DNA of 64,000 nt. Origin: Phoronis australis. Its lineage: Eukaryota > Animalia > Phoronida. Position 1 is the first letter of the stretch. Every line of letters starts with the position of its first letter. Both the position numbers and the translations under genes were made by a program. Below are positions 1-12,564 of the stretch, one piece after another. Where the stretch lies: NCBI GenBank assembly GCA_002633005.1, contig NMRA01000068.1, positions 1,009,092-1,073,091 of the forward strand, read 5' to 3'. Below the pieces are notes generated by a model. It had not been told where the DNA came from. It was given only the letters and a program-made list of their open reading frames with translations, and ran no database searches.

Positions 1-559
1 ATAGATAATGGGAGGAAATGTACTTGTTCTTCCTTATTTAATGTAGAATTTATGGCAACTGGGCAGGAACATCAATCTGTGATGTGTGAAACTAAAAAAA
101 TGCCATGATGCTAAATCATGAACTTGATAATTTTGCCTGTGTGAACCATGACACAATCCCCCTTCACCCCTCATTTCTAATTAGTCTTTAGCTATGGCTT
201 GAGTCACTTATTTTGTTGTTGCAAAAATTCCATTCTGGCATTGGCATTTTTTTCACCATAAGGTGCTTCAAAGCTCAATAGACTTTTGCTGAACTATGCT
301 TGTCGTGTTTCATTGTTACCACAGTACACGCGAAAAATAATTTGACAAAATGACCCAGAATCCCCTGTCGTGATGGCTGAATGCAAGTGGAATTGACTGC
401 CAGAGTTGCTTGAATGACCCGTTGCAATGGGTCATTATTTGCCACAACAGGGAAGTAAATTGTATTTTGTGTGTTTTCTTTTGCTCTGTACTGTATTGAT
501 TGTTCAAGGAATTTCACATCATGATTCTTTTTTTACATTTCATTGTGGTGATTTAGTGA

Positions 560-802
<243 letters not shown>

Positions 803-3800
803 TGAATGTCCATACAACCACACAGGTCTGTCAAGTCATGTGACTTCATTATCTCTCATGCTCTTTTCCCTGTTTCTCATTGGTTTATTAGCATTCGTCA
901 TCACTTTTTGTGGCTAGTCAAGACCTGTTGCCTGGCCAATCTCATGCAAGGTTGGTAATTGTCGGATTATTAAACCTAGCTGTAAGAAAACGAACATTGA
1001 AAGTTTTGGTTGCCAGTGATTGTAAAGGATTTGACAGCATTAAGTGCCAGTGTAAATGGTGGTATGTAGGGAATCAGCACTAGCTGGTCTTGCCTATCCT
1101 GACTCTATAGAACCATTTTGACTCAGAGATAAATATCACAGTCATATTCAGCTTCTTTAAGACACCTGAGACTATTTAAGTTTGTTACAAGGTATAACAT
1201 TCTGTTTTTAAAAACAACTTGGCATTAGGTTATGATGTAGGGCTAAACTTCAGGTAGATTTCGAAGTGGATTGGCTTACAATATTTTAAATTCTTGTTGA
1301 TTATATTTGTAAAATTAGTGTTATGAAGAATTTAGAATACCCTGCAATGGTAATTAAAAATAGTGACATAAGAAACTGTGATTTCTCTTTCAGAAATAAG
1401 TTTTTGGTGTATCTGAATTTAGGTGTGCCAAATATTGATTTAGCAACATTTGGCTTAATATGTTACGTTTCACTCTAAAATAATGTTTTAAATAGGAGAT
1501 ATTTTGTTCATTGTAGTACCTGTGAGTGCTCTCGCAGGTCAAAGCTGCTGCAGATATCCGTACTAATTCTTCCTACAGTTTGACCTTGTGCATTTCAGTG
1601 TTGGGCTATTCACTGTAGATTGCGTGGCGTGCCTGTGAGCTCGATTTGTTACTTTTAGCTATACAGAGCCATAGCAGTACCCACAGTATGCATTATTACA
1701 GTGCCACTCATTTGCCACAATGCTACACATTTTTTTACCATTGTTCATTGCTGCCTTGTTTATTGTGATTTTGCATCTGAAGCTAGTAAAGTTTTAATGT
1801 TGCATACCAACTAGTTGCAATTCTTTTAAAATGTGATTAGTAGATTGTTATGTGATCCCTTTGCTTTTTTACTCAGACTAAAATCTAAAGTATGTTAGGG
1901 ACCTAAACTTTGGAAAGTAGGTCAATCATTACATTTTTCTACCTCTATAAAAGGAAAGTTGATTTCAGACTGTTACTGTTGGGACCTGCATTATATTGCG
2001 CATTAATGCAACAGCTCTTACGGTGCCTGCTTTTGTAGATCCAGCAGCCTTGTCTCCGCTGGAGATGTGTCTGAGCTTGTGTATACAGTTAGTTGTTCAG
2101 TGATCTGTGTGCAGTATGATGGTCATTAGAGATGTGACTTCTGAAATCAACTGTGTACGGTTACAAATAACAGCGTAACCTATGAGCACCAATTAGAGAC
2201 CTATGTGCATTTCTTAGCATTAAGTGCAGTTGTTCTGACCTCATGGCTTGCTGTCTGTGTAGTTGTTCTCTCAATCTGTAGATGGCATTGATTACTGAAG
2301 GTCATATTTATCATGTTTCACTCATTTGGTTGTTCTCATGTTCTCATCATGTTCATTCTCATCTGTCATGTTTCAAGATTTATCATCCAATATACACCTC
2401 TGACTGCTGATAAGGACATATAAAATGCGATAGATGGTCAAGAAATGGTGCAGTTTTTCATTTTGCAATCTTAAATCATGTTACAGAATGTCATTGTCGT
2501 GTGTCAAACACTAAAATTGTATTCACTTAAAAATTTTTCGCAGTGCTTAAGACATAAACCCATGCAGAAAAAATAATTCAGCATCTGAAAATGATTTGGT
2601 AACAACGTCCACTTGAAAAGCTGATATTCACTGCAAGTTTTAACGCTGTGCAATAGATTAAGCAATCGTGACAAAGCAAACAACCCTGACCTTCCCATTT
2701 CTTGCCCACATTTCCCATTTTTGGGGAGTTTGTTTTCTCATCAGCAGTTAGATTAAAGCCTGCATTTGCGCTGCTGAAATGGATGGAGCTGAAATTAAAA
2801 TCATGTTGGTGAGACAAGCAAGAAAAAAGGGTAGTGTGCATTAGAAAGTGGTGTCTTTCATGTAAACCATCCATTTCACCTGCTGGTGATGATGTCATCA
2901 GGACGTAACTCACTTCAGACAGACCTTGTGGTTGTATCAATTGTCTAGAGAATCTTGTTGTTTATTTGTAATTAGTATCAAGATGTGTTGTACAAAGTTA
3001 TAGTTAAGGCAGCTATAAACCTGTGTTCCGTCAGAGATGCAAACTTTTGATATCGACCAAGCATTTCAAATTGGTCTCGACTTGTTCCTTGTTCAGGTGA
3101 TCCAGAAATATGTGAAAGAATTGGCAGTTGGTTATTCTTTGAGGCTGTGCGCGCCACATAAATGACAGGCTGCAGAAATCACCTCTAGTTTGTTTACAGA
3201 ACAGTTTGAGACCAATTTCACAATGGTAAGTTGTAGCAATCAGAAGTTGGTCATGGTGGTGGAAAGCAGGATTAATGGCTGCTCTAAGCAAGAGATGTAA
3301 TCATGTGGTATTCTAGGATATACAAACGGAGCTAAATGAGATTTCTGAATGTACATGGATTCATCGTGAATTATATGGAGTTGTTGGCGCACTTTTTGAT
3401 AGAGAATTTTAGATGTTCCAGACTCGACTCGACTATGGAGAGCCCTACCAGCATCTCTAGGGGTTTCCTTCAATCTACTTCTCAGTCATCATTTGGTATA
3501 GTCAGGGGTGCCAGTTTTCCCAATCACTGAGGAATTTTGTTGGTCTTGATTTTAAATGTGCAGCAGCAACTCTCAAAGAGAATTACCGGTATCTTCATGT
3601 GCAGGCTGAAAACTGATTTAGTGTTGTGGGAGAGTTAAACAAAAATTAGGTTAGCTGACTAGATTAAGTGTGTCAGGTTATTTTAACATTGGCAATGCTT
3701 GCCATGAGGAGCTGTGCTTTCCTGGTATCAATGGACTGTAGACTAGTTGTCAGTAGAGGCAATCTATTATTGTGTTGCAAGATTGATATTTTTCAACTTT

Positions 3801-4350
3801 TCAAGACCAAGTCCCACGCAACTCTTAATTTGGTCAAGCCATTATCACGAGTTCCAAGCTGGAATAATATAAAATTAACAGTGATGAATCTTTTTCATTG
3901 AAGCAGTCACTAACTCTATTCAGTCATTGGTTTTATCTTTGGTAATTATGGATGCCTTTTCCCTCTAGGCTTCAACTTGCTTTAGTTATTAAATCTGCAT
4001 CTTTACTTCTGATGCGCCACATGCAGCTCCAGTAGGAAGGCTTGTGTTGTACGAGATAAAGATCTTTGATATGATTGGCCTTATTCAAAGCCACTTGCGT
4101 CATTCCTGTTTTCTATGAAGGAGAGTAGTGTTGAGTCACACCAACCAGTGGCGTGAGTGTCATTTGTGTTAGTTGTAAACTTGTGTTGCCAGTTTTTAGT
4201 CACCTTTGACAAGGAAGTATACACTATAGAGGCCTCAATGAAAAGTTTTAATTGTTGTTTTAGTATTATATGAAATGTATCTCATTCACAGTATACATAT
4301 TTACTGTGAGTTTGTATATGAAAAGGGAATAAATCAATAATTGTATAAAT
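803..4350 (+). other. Probable long 3' UTR of AMMECR1
   Basis: TG/T-rich non-coding stretch after the stop codon with AATAAA at about 4328; the actual cleavage site is inferred. Confidence 0.45.
3004..3289. mobile_element. Old TTAA-type MITE; related copies at about 18830-19130 (inverted) and 21261-21607
   Basis: Starts ttaaggcagctataaacc and ends ggattaatggctgctctaa (degenerate TIR). Shares internal words with 21261-21607 (ttaagacagctgtaaacc...ggtttatagtcgctttaa). Confidence 0.5.
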
Positions 4351-7300
4351 CATCTTTCACTTGTGCGAGGTGCATACATTTTGTCTGGCTCGACAAATCA
4401 TAGGAATACATAGCAATGTTGTAGAACGAGCTACATTAGGTGCATTTAAGGGATCCCCTCCGAACACCACGGAAAATGTTGACATGCCATAAGATTACAC
4501 AAATATTTTCTCTCTAAAACTGTGGCTGGGTCCCCTCTTACGAGAGCCTAGGTCCCAGTGCCGGACCAGATGATGCACACATAAAGGAGACCTGAGTCTT
4601 GACCATAAAGTGTCTTCAAAGAATGGATAGAGCTTGGTAGCACTGATGCATTAGAGTAGAATTAAAGTTATCCAATGCAGGGAAATTGCGCGTGATGTAC
4701 CTGAGGTATTTACGCAGGACCAGGGGTACCTTCCAAGAAACTCTGGATTCATTTTTGACTAAGTCTAATATATTTTTTTCTAATATTGGTTTCAACTTCC
4801 GAAGCTTGAAACTTGCACACCCAGTAATTAAGATAATCAATATAGACAGAACATTTAAAAGTCAAAAACTTTGTCAAACCCAAGGTCTATTTACTGATAT
4901 CTTCTTGAGACAAATTTAAATTTTATCTCAGAATTGAAGGAAATTTGAGATTTATCTTGGCTAAGGCTTCGCACGATTGCAAGTGAAACACGTCATCACA
5001 CTAGCGAGATTCTTGGGTCTAAACTATCGGCTCGGATTTTCTCGAAGAGTTGGCCAGAAACCAGTGCCTGGCACATAAACGGGTCTGTTGTGTGACTAAC
5101 CTTGAAGAAAACTAACGAAGTCATTGGTCTTTCACTCCACATAACACTTCTAAAAAAATAATTATCTCATTTTAGAAAACGAATAAATTCATAATTGTTG
5201 CACATTGAGAAATTTTGTAGGAATCATTTCCAGGCCGATTTGTGTGCTAATGGTTACAGGACTGAACCTTTAGTTTGTGTGAAGTGGGAGAGTAAAACTA
5301 ATTTTCCGAATACGGGCTTATGAGTTCGCCGCTTGAGCGAACACCTCGCGTCGATCTCTGGTCTCATACCAGTGCGCGGCTGTTTAATTAAGTTGTTCCG
5401 TTCCTCCAACGGTGCTTCACCTGCTCAAAAGTATCGTAATCACAGAATTCCGGACGTGGTAAATTTTGCGGTCTACTCTGGTAATTCAGAAATTTGGGGC
5501 GGCCAATTTTGACTTAGAATTTGGTACAAGCTCCGTACGTATTGAGAAAAGTATTATTTTTCACTCAGTCCCAAACTGGAAATTTTTTACCGTATGTATC
5601 AGGGTTCTGTTTCATGAAAAGTGGCTTAATTGGCTCTGTTAAGGGCCCGAGTGTATATTTGACAATTAAGACTCCGGCGGCTATAAATGATTGTGCTTTA
5701 CGATATATTCCGGTCCGATGTTTCTCAGACATAAATTTCTCTTGTTCCGATGTTTCCCCGGCTCTATATGTTCCATAGGCCCCATGTTCCTTGCCCAGCT
5801 ATAGATTTCTAGGGGTAGATTTGAGGTTAGCGGCCTTTTATTCTTCTTCACGTACACCCCTCCCCATCACCGCCACTACTTCACTCAGTGCCCGGTAATC
5901 AGTCCATCATATATCGCAATTTTTTCAGACGCAGTTATTCCAGATGAAGGGAGCCAGTTGGAAGCAAACTGGCGGTAACCCGGTGGCTAAAAAGGGTAGT
6001 CACCGCCTAAACGGAGTAAGCCGCACAAAACATTTCTTCCTATTGCAGTCTTTCAATTTCTTATTACCGAGTTAACGACTATACTCACGCATACCCCACC
6101 TTTGATTTTTTTCGGAATAAGCGCCCAATGCTCTACTAAACGTCGCCTTTCTTTGAAAATTTTCACTAAGCGGTTGCATCTCAGTTAGGCTAGCCCCCAC
6201 CAGTAATTCACCTCACTGAATTGATTTTCAGAAGTGCGGCATTAACCGGACCAATTTCGAGTCGCAGTGTGTTTTGTTTGCAGTCGTCGCCGGGGACATC
6301 GTATTCTGTAAGCGTCTCAGTGTAGTGCATGATTAAAAACGATCGACATCGTGGTTTGAAATTGCCTCTTACTTTAGTCTGTATATAGCGAAGCACTGAT
6401 TCTTATTCTATGCAACAACAAATTCTTTTTTTCAAAAATGACACGCTTTCCCCAATGTTTAAAAGCCACATCCCAGTTTAAAAACCTCCAGGAAATAGAA
6501 GTCACACACTATGCATCATCGGTCGCTTAGTGGCAGACTATTTTCCCACATATATATCACCGGATACAGTACTAAGGAAGCGAATTTGAATCACCCGATA
6601 ATCGAAACCAGCACAGAGTCGAAGTTATTTCAAGACTTTTTATTTCATGGAAAACTAATTATTGTATACGTAAGCAGCGCAAATAAAACAAATTGTTGGT
6701 TCTGAAATTTGCATCGAGTTGTCCTCGCTCATCAATACGCCATTTGGATAGGTCAACGTTTCGCGGACTTTTTTCCACAGAATGTTTTTCAATTGTTCGA
6801 GTTGCAGAAGTTGGACAAATGGAGGGTATTTGCTTTCAGCATTATCCATCTTTGCATCCTTAACGACTTCGATGACAATCATATAGCAGGTCAGTCGCGA
6901 GTTGAGTCCACAAGGTTTCCGTCGGTTCCAGAATGAATAAGAATTTGATCCATAATGATTAAATTGCATGTGCTCATTTCCTAATCAATTTAATTGAATT
7001 TTAGTATCTCACATAAGACACTTCAGTCGAGGAGTTTCGTTTTTCACTTTTATTGACTTTCACTCATAAATACATATGATTCACAGAAATTTTGATAAAC
7101 ACTAATTTCACTTCTATCAGAAAAGAATCTGAACCACCACATTAACTTGAATTTGTAGCCTAAAGCCTTTTAAAACAGAGGCCGTGGTTGGCATGGCGCA
7201 TAGTTTAGTAATATTTTAGTTGCATGATTAATAAACTCATTCTACAACTAAGAACTTCCTCTTCATACTATTAAGTATCACCGGTTGGTTTCTTTCATGT

Positions 7301-7769
7301 GAACAGTTTTCGATAACTGGACAAAACACTGCATACATGTCAAGATACACCAGATCATAGTATTCCCCTACTCCATTACATTTGGTGTAGGTGGGTGGTG
7401 GATGAAGCTAACACAAATTCAACAGCATTTTTTTATATCGAAAATGGAAAAACATAAAATTATTCACCCAATTTTCAAACATGTACTCTTCAACTCTACA
7501 ATGGCAGATGCAAATTGATAACTGACAATGCCTGATGAGTATTTGCCAGCAAAACTACACTATTCACATTTTGGTAAGAGTCACTATTAGAGCACATTCT
7601 CTATCTCAATCAAATGTCAGTCACTTAATGATGCAGACAAAGTTATTCCTAACTTATAGTCTTTGACAAAGTCAGTGGTTATCCAGTACACAGTCTCTCG
7701 TGCCTGAGGCACTGGTTATGATGCATTAACCTCTTGCAACATTGCCTATACTTGAATCTCTCTTAGTAG

Positions 7770-10700
7770 TTATCCTGTACACATTCTCTCATGTCTGAGG
7801 CGCTGGTTAGTGTGCATAAACCTCTTGCAACACTGCCTACACTTGTATCTCTCTTCACGTGTATGAATGACTACGTGGTTCTTTAGCTGAACACTGCTCG
7901 AGAAGCTCTTGTTGCAGTGTGGACAGGAGTATGGCTTCTCACCTGTGTGAACGGATCTGATGTGCACATGAAGACCCTTGTTAGAGCGGTACCCCTTGTC
8001 ACACATTTTGCATTTGTAGGGATACTCCTGAGTATGAATAATCGTGTGCTTCTTGTAGTTGTTCATGAGAAAGAAGCCCTTGTTGCAGTGCTCACACCTC
8101 ACCAAGTACTCGTTTATTGCTGCATGCTCTGACCAATGATTTTTCAGCTCCGTCCTATTTTCATAACGGACATTGCACAAGTAGCAAGTGTGATACAGCT
8201 TTATATTTCCGTGGCGCTGGATGTGAGCCATGGCCTCTGACTTGATCTTGAACAGCTTATTACATACTTGACAGTTGTAGAATGGAACATCTGTGTGGAA
8301 AGCCACATGAGTGCGTAGCAGTGGCTTAGTTTTGAACTTGAGGTCACAGAAAGGACAAGCATGTCTTGGTTCAGTGTTTGGCTCCTTGAAGTGTCTCCTG
8401 CGGTGAACTTTCACAGCATACTTGTTAACAAATCCCTTGTCACAGACGTCACACTTCTCCGGACGATGAGTATGGCCTTGCACGTGCTCCTTGAACGTTC
8501 TCTCATTGTTGAACTTCTTTTTGCAAATGTGGCAGGACTTGTCTCGTTCATTGTGTACAGTGAGATGGTCAGTCAAGCTTCTCTTCGTCTTATATGCCTT
8601 GCCACAAATCTCACACACGTGCGGACGACTGTCAGAATGGGACAGCATGTGATACTTAAGCAGAGTTCTGGTAGCTGCTCTAAACTCACACTGTGAACAT
8701 GGGAACATTTTAAGGGCACGTTTCTTCTGTTCGTTATGCTTCCTGATGTGAATTTGCAAGAGACGTGTGGATGGCAGAGAGTCCCCACACTGGTCACATA
8801 TGAGATGTTGATCTTGGTGAGCGCTACTTTCATGTAGCTGCTGCTCGTCGCCACTTGGAAATACCCGCAAACAAACTTTACACTTGAATTCACAGCCAAT
8901 CTCTGCCGGATGCTTGCGTCTCATATGTTCACGGAGGGCCGACTGGTTACCATAGCCGCGGTCCACACAAATGGTGCATTTGTAGGGCTTGTAGCCCTCG
9001 TGTGTCTTGTAGTGACGGTTCAGGTGCTCACGGTGTCGAAATGACTTGCCACACAGCTCACAATCTCGTGCCACTCTGTGCACATTCTTACAGTGCTGCT
9101 CAAGAGCCTTCTCAGAGAAGAACTTGTGCTCACATAGGACACATGAATGCTGAGCAGACTCAGGATGATCAACCTCGAGGTGCTTGCGCATGTGAGACTT
9201 TCTCACAAATGACTCATTACAATACTCACACTTGATCTCTTCCTGGTGATATTGTTGACAGTGATTAATCACCTCTCTTGGTGTAGCAAAGAACTCTTGA
9301 CAGTAGTCACAACGCTGTGCCAGTCCACACCCACTCAGTTGGTGTCCAACAAGGCTGCCATGGTGCCTGTACTGCTTACCACACAAGGAGCACTTGTGGG
9401 GTTTATCATGTTTTTTCTTCATGTGAGTAGTCAGCTGGTCATGAGTAGTGACCTCTATTGAACACTGGTTACAGGAGAATGGTTTGGCCTGCTCCGCCCC
9501 ATGCTCCTCCTCCACATGCTCATCTCGTGTCTGCTCAGTATTGAACACTTGTCCACAGGCCTGACACATAGGCTGCTTAAACACAACCTTCTTTTTAGTT
9601 ATATCTTCATAAAACTTGACCATGTCTAAATTCTCAGGTGGAAGTGACTGTTTAGCGTCACTTGAACTTGTGTCTTCTACACCGCAACTCGTCAACGGCA
9701 CGGTTTCACAGATGCCAGAACTCTCCTGTACAATAGTCACATGGTGTGTGTCTACTTGCTCAGTCTCTCCAGAGGCTCCTGGCTGTACAACATCACTACC
9801 GCTAGTTCCCAGTACATTACCATCAGTATTACCACCTTCTAGTTCCTTCACACTATCATTGATGTTGCGTTCCTCCATGTCTGTGTCTACAGCACCAGCC
9901 TGCTTCTCTACATCTTCACCCAGTGACGTCTTAACATGAGACACTGCCGGAGATTCACCCATCACTTCAGGAACATCAACATTCACAAAGGAAATGCTGT
10001 CCAACATATGGTTGACCTGGCTCACGAGAATTCCATCTTTTGAAGCAAAAAAGCTGTGACGTTTCTCAATATGAACCACGACCTTGTCCCGTTTGGAGAA
10101 CCTCCACCCACAGTGTACGCATGCAAACAGCTTGGCTGGGTCAGTACAGTACCACCTGGAGTTACGGCACTGCTGGATGTTGACATCACGCACCACATCT
10201 GCCTCATTCAAGTCATTGTGATGGTTTAGATGGTCTTTCAAGAGGCTGTAATTAGTGAATCGCCACCCACACATCAAGCAGCTAAACTTCTTTGCTGGGT
10301 CATTACAATAGTAACGTGAAGCTTTCATTTGCTCCGAGTTTCTCTTCTCAAACGTAGAAGCCTCAATTTCAGTGGAAAAAGTTTGTTCTCCTTCTTTCAA
10401 CTCCTGGCTTCCTTTAACCTTGAACTTGGGAGGTACCAGTGAAGCAAAACACAGTTTCTTACCCTTAAGTCTAGCTGAATGGCGCTGGTTGTTGCCATCA
10501 TCAGAAGCAGGAGCACAAGTCATATCGGTTTCATCAGCAGTTGCTACACTCGTTTCAGAAGTAACATCATTTCCTATTTGGCCGTCATCAGTACACGGTT
10601 CATTTATCTCAGCTTCCTGTGAGCAAGTAGTCACTGGCTCATCATCACATTTCCATGCACTCCCAGTTGTCTCCCCTTGCCTCAAGTACCCAAGTGTTCT

Positions 10701-12173
10701 ACGGTGACGACTACTAATGTGTTTCTTCATGTCAAAGCTTTGGTGAAAGCGCCACCCACACACAAAACATTCGTTCTTCTTTGCCGGGTCTCTACTATAC
10801 AACTTTGAAGCACGACATCCCTGAATGTCCAGCTTCACTCTAATATCATTGGTCACCTTTATGTCTGAGTGTCGCCTAATGTGTGCTAATACCTTATTGG
10901 GCTTGCTAAATTGCCAGCCACACGCTTCACATTCGAATTTCTTGGGGTCACTGCAAAAGGCAGGCAACCTCTTCATTTCTTCAGTGGTAAATCTTTCCTT
11001 GACTTCTTTTATTTCCACTACGTCTGTGTTGGTCTCAGCTGACACTTTAACACCTTTCTTTATGAGGTGCATCACTGAGCTATGCTGCTTCGAATGCCGC
11101 TTCAACTGGTATGGCAAACTGAATCTCCAGCCACATATGAGACAAGGGTAACGTTTCCTCAAGTCTGTTGAGTAAAAAAATGATTTTTTTGAACTCAAGA
11201 TGTGCATATTTAAGGTCTGTGATTCTGTAGGTATAACTCCATGTCCACGCATGTGTCTTTTTAACTTGCTTGTCTTATCAAAACACCAGCCACACACTTT
11301 GCAGCTATATTTCTTCTTCAAGCTACGACGAGACGCCTCTATTTTCTGCACTTTACTCTTCAGAATGGCATTTTGTTGAACCAGTGTAACAGTTGGTGAT
11401 CCCACTGCTGCTGTGCCAGTTATAGTGCTATCATCCTCTTTAGGCACTTCAACAGACACTTTGGTACTACCGCCATCACCAAGGTAATTACCATCATCCT
11501 CATGGCCACCACAACCATTATGGTCAATGCCAGCATCATTATCATCAAAATTCTCAAGAGGACTCCCATCACCATCATCTACAAAAGTATCCATTGCGCA
11601 GGCAAGGACATTACTTTCATTTATGCTGACTGGTGTCTCACTCTCCGGTTTTACACAGGCAGCACTATTCTGGGCAGCACTACTCTGGGCGGCACTATTC
11701 TGGGCAGCACTATTCTGGGCAGCACTATTCTGGGCAGCACTGACCTGGGCAGTACTGACCTGGGCAGCACTGTCCTGGGCCAAACTAACCTGGGCAGCAC
11801 TGTCCTTGGCCACATTAACCAGAGCAGCACTAATCTGGACCACACTGCCCTGCACCACACTGTCTTGAGCCACTCTGGCCTGGTCAACACTAGACTCATT
11901 CTGGTGACATATGAAGACGTGGTCTCTAAATTTATGTGGACGACGGAACACCTTGGAACAAACATCGCAGACAAAAGTTGGTTGCTCTGCAGCTTCAAGG
12001 GATGGTTGTCCTACTTGACTACTTGTAGTGTTGACTCTCTTCAGTCGCTGTAAGATTACAGCTGGTGTTTTATTTAGTTTACTGTTAGTACAGTCATCAG
12101 CAGACTCTGCACATCCGCTTTTCACTTGAGTCTGTTGACTTGCACCGCTACCCTCCACAGTTGAGGCCACTCC
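7770..12173 (-). CDS. Multi-C2H2 zinc-finger protein, large terminal exon (roughly 25-28 fingers)
   Basis: 1472-aa ORF with many CxxC...HxxxH fingers and an HTGEKPY linker. The annotated TTG start is probably intronic: acceptor tttgtcattgttacag|GGA at 12174/12173, phase 0. Confidence 0.95.
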   Translation of the reverse strand, partial: GVASTVEGSGASQQTQVKSGCAESADDCTNSKLNKTPAVILQRLKRVNTTSSQVGQPSLEAAEQPTFVCDVCSKVFRRPHKFRDHVFICHQNESSVDQARVAQDSVVQGSVVQISAALVNVAKDSAAQVSLAQDSAAQVSTAQVSAAQNSAAQNSAAQNSAAQSSAAQNSAACVKPESETPVSINESNVLACAMDTFVDDGDGSPLENFDDNDAGIDHNGCGGHEDDGNYLGDGGSTKVSVEVPKEDDSTITGTAAVGSPTVTLVQQNAILKSKVQKIEASRRSLKKKYSCKVCGWCFDKTSKLKRHMRGHGVIPTESQTLNMHILSSKKSFFYSTDLRKRYPCLICGWRFSLPYQLKRHSKQHSSVMHLIKKGVKVSAETNTDVVEIKEVKERFTTEEMKRLPAFCSDPKKFECEACGWQFSKPNKVLAHIRRHSDIKVTNDIRVKLDIQGCRASKLYSRDPAKKNECFVCGWRFHQSFDMKKHISSRHRRTLGYLRQGETTGSAWKCDDEPVTTCSQEAEINEPCTDDGQIGNDVTSETSVATADETDMTCAPASDDGNNQRHSARLKGKKLCFASLVPPKFKVKGSQELKEGEQTFSTEIEASTFEKRNSEQMKASRYYCNDPAKKFSCLMCGWRFTNYSLLKDHLNHHNDLNEADVVRDVNIQQCRNSRWYCTDPAKLFACVHCGWRFSKRDKVVVHIEKRHSFFASKDGILVSQVNHMLDSISFVNVDVPEVMGESPAVSHVKTSLGEDVEKQAGAVDTDMEERNINDSVKELEGGNTDGNVLGTSGSDVVQPGASGETEQVDTHHVTIVQESSGICETVPLTSCGVEDTSSSDAKQSLPPENLDMVKFYEDITKKKVVFKQPMCQACGQVFNTEQTRDEHVEEEHGAEQAKPFSCNQCSIEVTTHDQLTTHMKKKHDKPHKCSLCGKQYRHHGSLVGHQLSGCGLAQRCDYCQEFFATPREVINHCQQYHQEEIKCEYCNESFVRKSHMRKHLEVDHPESAQHSCVLCEHKFFSEKALEQHCKNVHRVARDCELCGKSFRHREHLNRHYKTHEGYKPYKCTICVDRGYGNQSALREHMRRKHPAEIGCEFKCKVCLRVFPSGDEQQLHESSAHQDQHLICDQCGDSLPSTRLLQIHIRKHNEQKKRALKMFPCSQCEFRAATRTLLKYHMLSHSDSRPHVCEICGKAYKTKRSLTDHLTVHNERDKSCHICKKKFNNERTFKEHVQGHTHRPEKCDVCDKGFVNKYAVKVHRRRHFKEPNTEPRHACPFCDLKFKTKPLLRTHVAFHTDVPFYNCQVCNKLFKIKSEAMAHIQRHGNIKLYHTCYLCNVRYENRTELKNHWSEHAAINEYLVRCEHCNKGFFLMNNYKKHTIIHTQEYPYKCKMCDKGYRSNKGLHVHIRSVHTGEKPYSCPHCNKSFSSSVQLKNHVVIHTREERYKCRQCCKRFMHTNQRLRHERMCTG
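11657..11885 (-). repeat. 15-bp coding minisatellite (SAAQN/SAAQV/SLAQD pentapeptides) inside the zinc-finger exon
   Basis: Tandem ctgggcagcactatt-type units on the + strand; these explain the overlapping ORFs in other frames. Confidence 0.9.
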
Positions 12174-12564
12174 CTGTAACAATGACAAAAGTATTCAATG
12201 TAGATGTGTAAACGTGGAGAAAGGGGAGATGTACCTTAAAGAATATTTCCTTTTTGAAGGCATTTTGAACATTTTCTGACAAAAAATGAAAGTAGTAAAC
12301 ATAACATTTCTTCAAAAGGGAAGCGGGACGCACTGAATAAGTACGAAAACTTCACTTAGTGAAAGTGAGCTGTGTTCTGGCTTTAACCTTTACATTTTGA
12401 TAAGTTCTGTGATGCTGAGCACCAACATAACAATAACCCTCTTGATGTGGTCAATGATGCCAGAAGCACACAATAATACTCAACAGCTATTCAGCCGATC
12501 AGATACACAGTGCATAGTGTGGCTTTCTCATAACAACATGGGGTATGATGTCATACCAACTGCT

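Noticed and set aside
7679-7772. Stop-codon readthrough into the duplicated finger
   Set aside because: The 91-bp period puts the duplicate out of frame.
11502-12053. Antisense and alternative-frame ORFs over the zinc-finger exon
   Set aside because: By-product of the 15-bp coding repeat.
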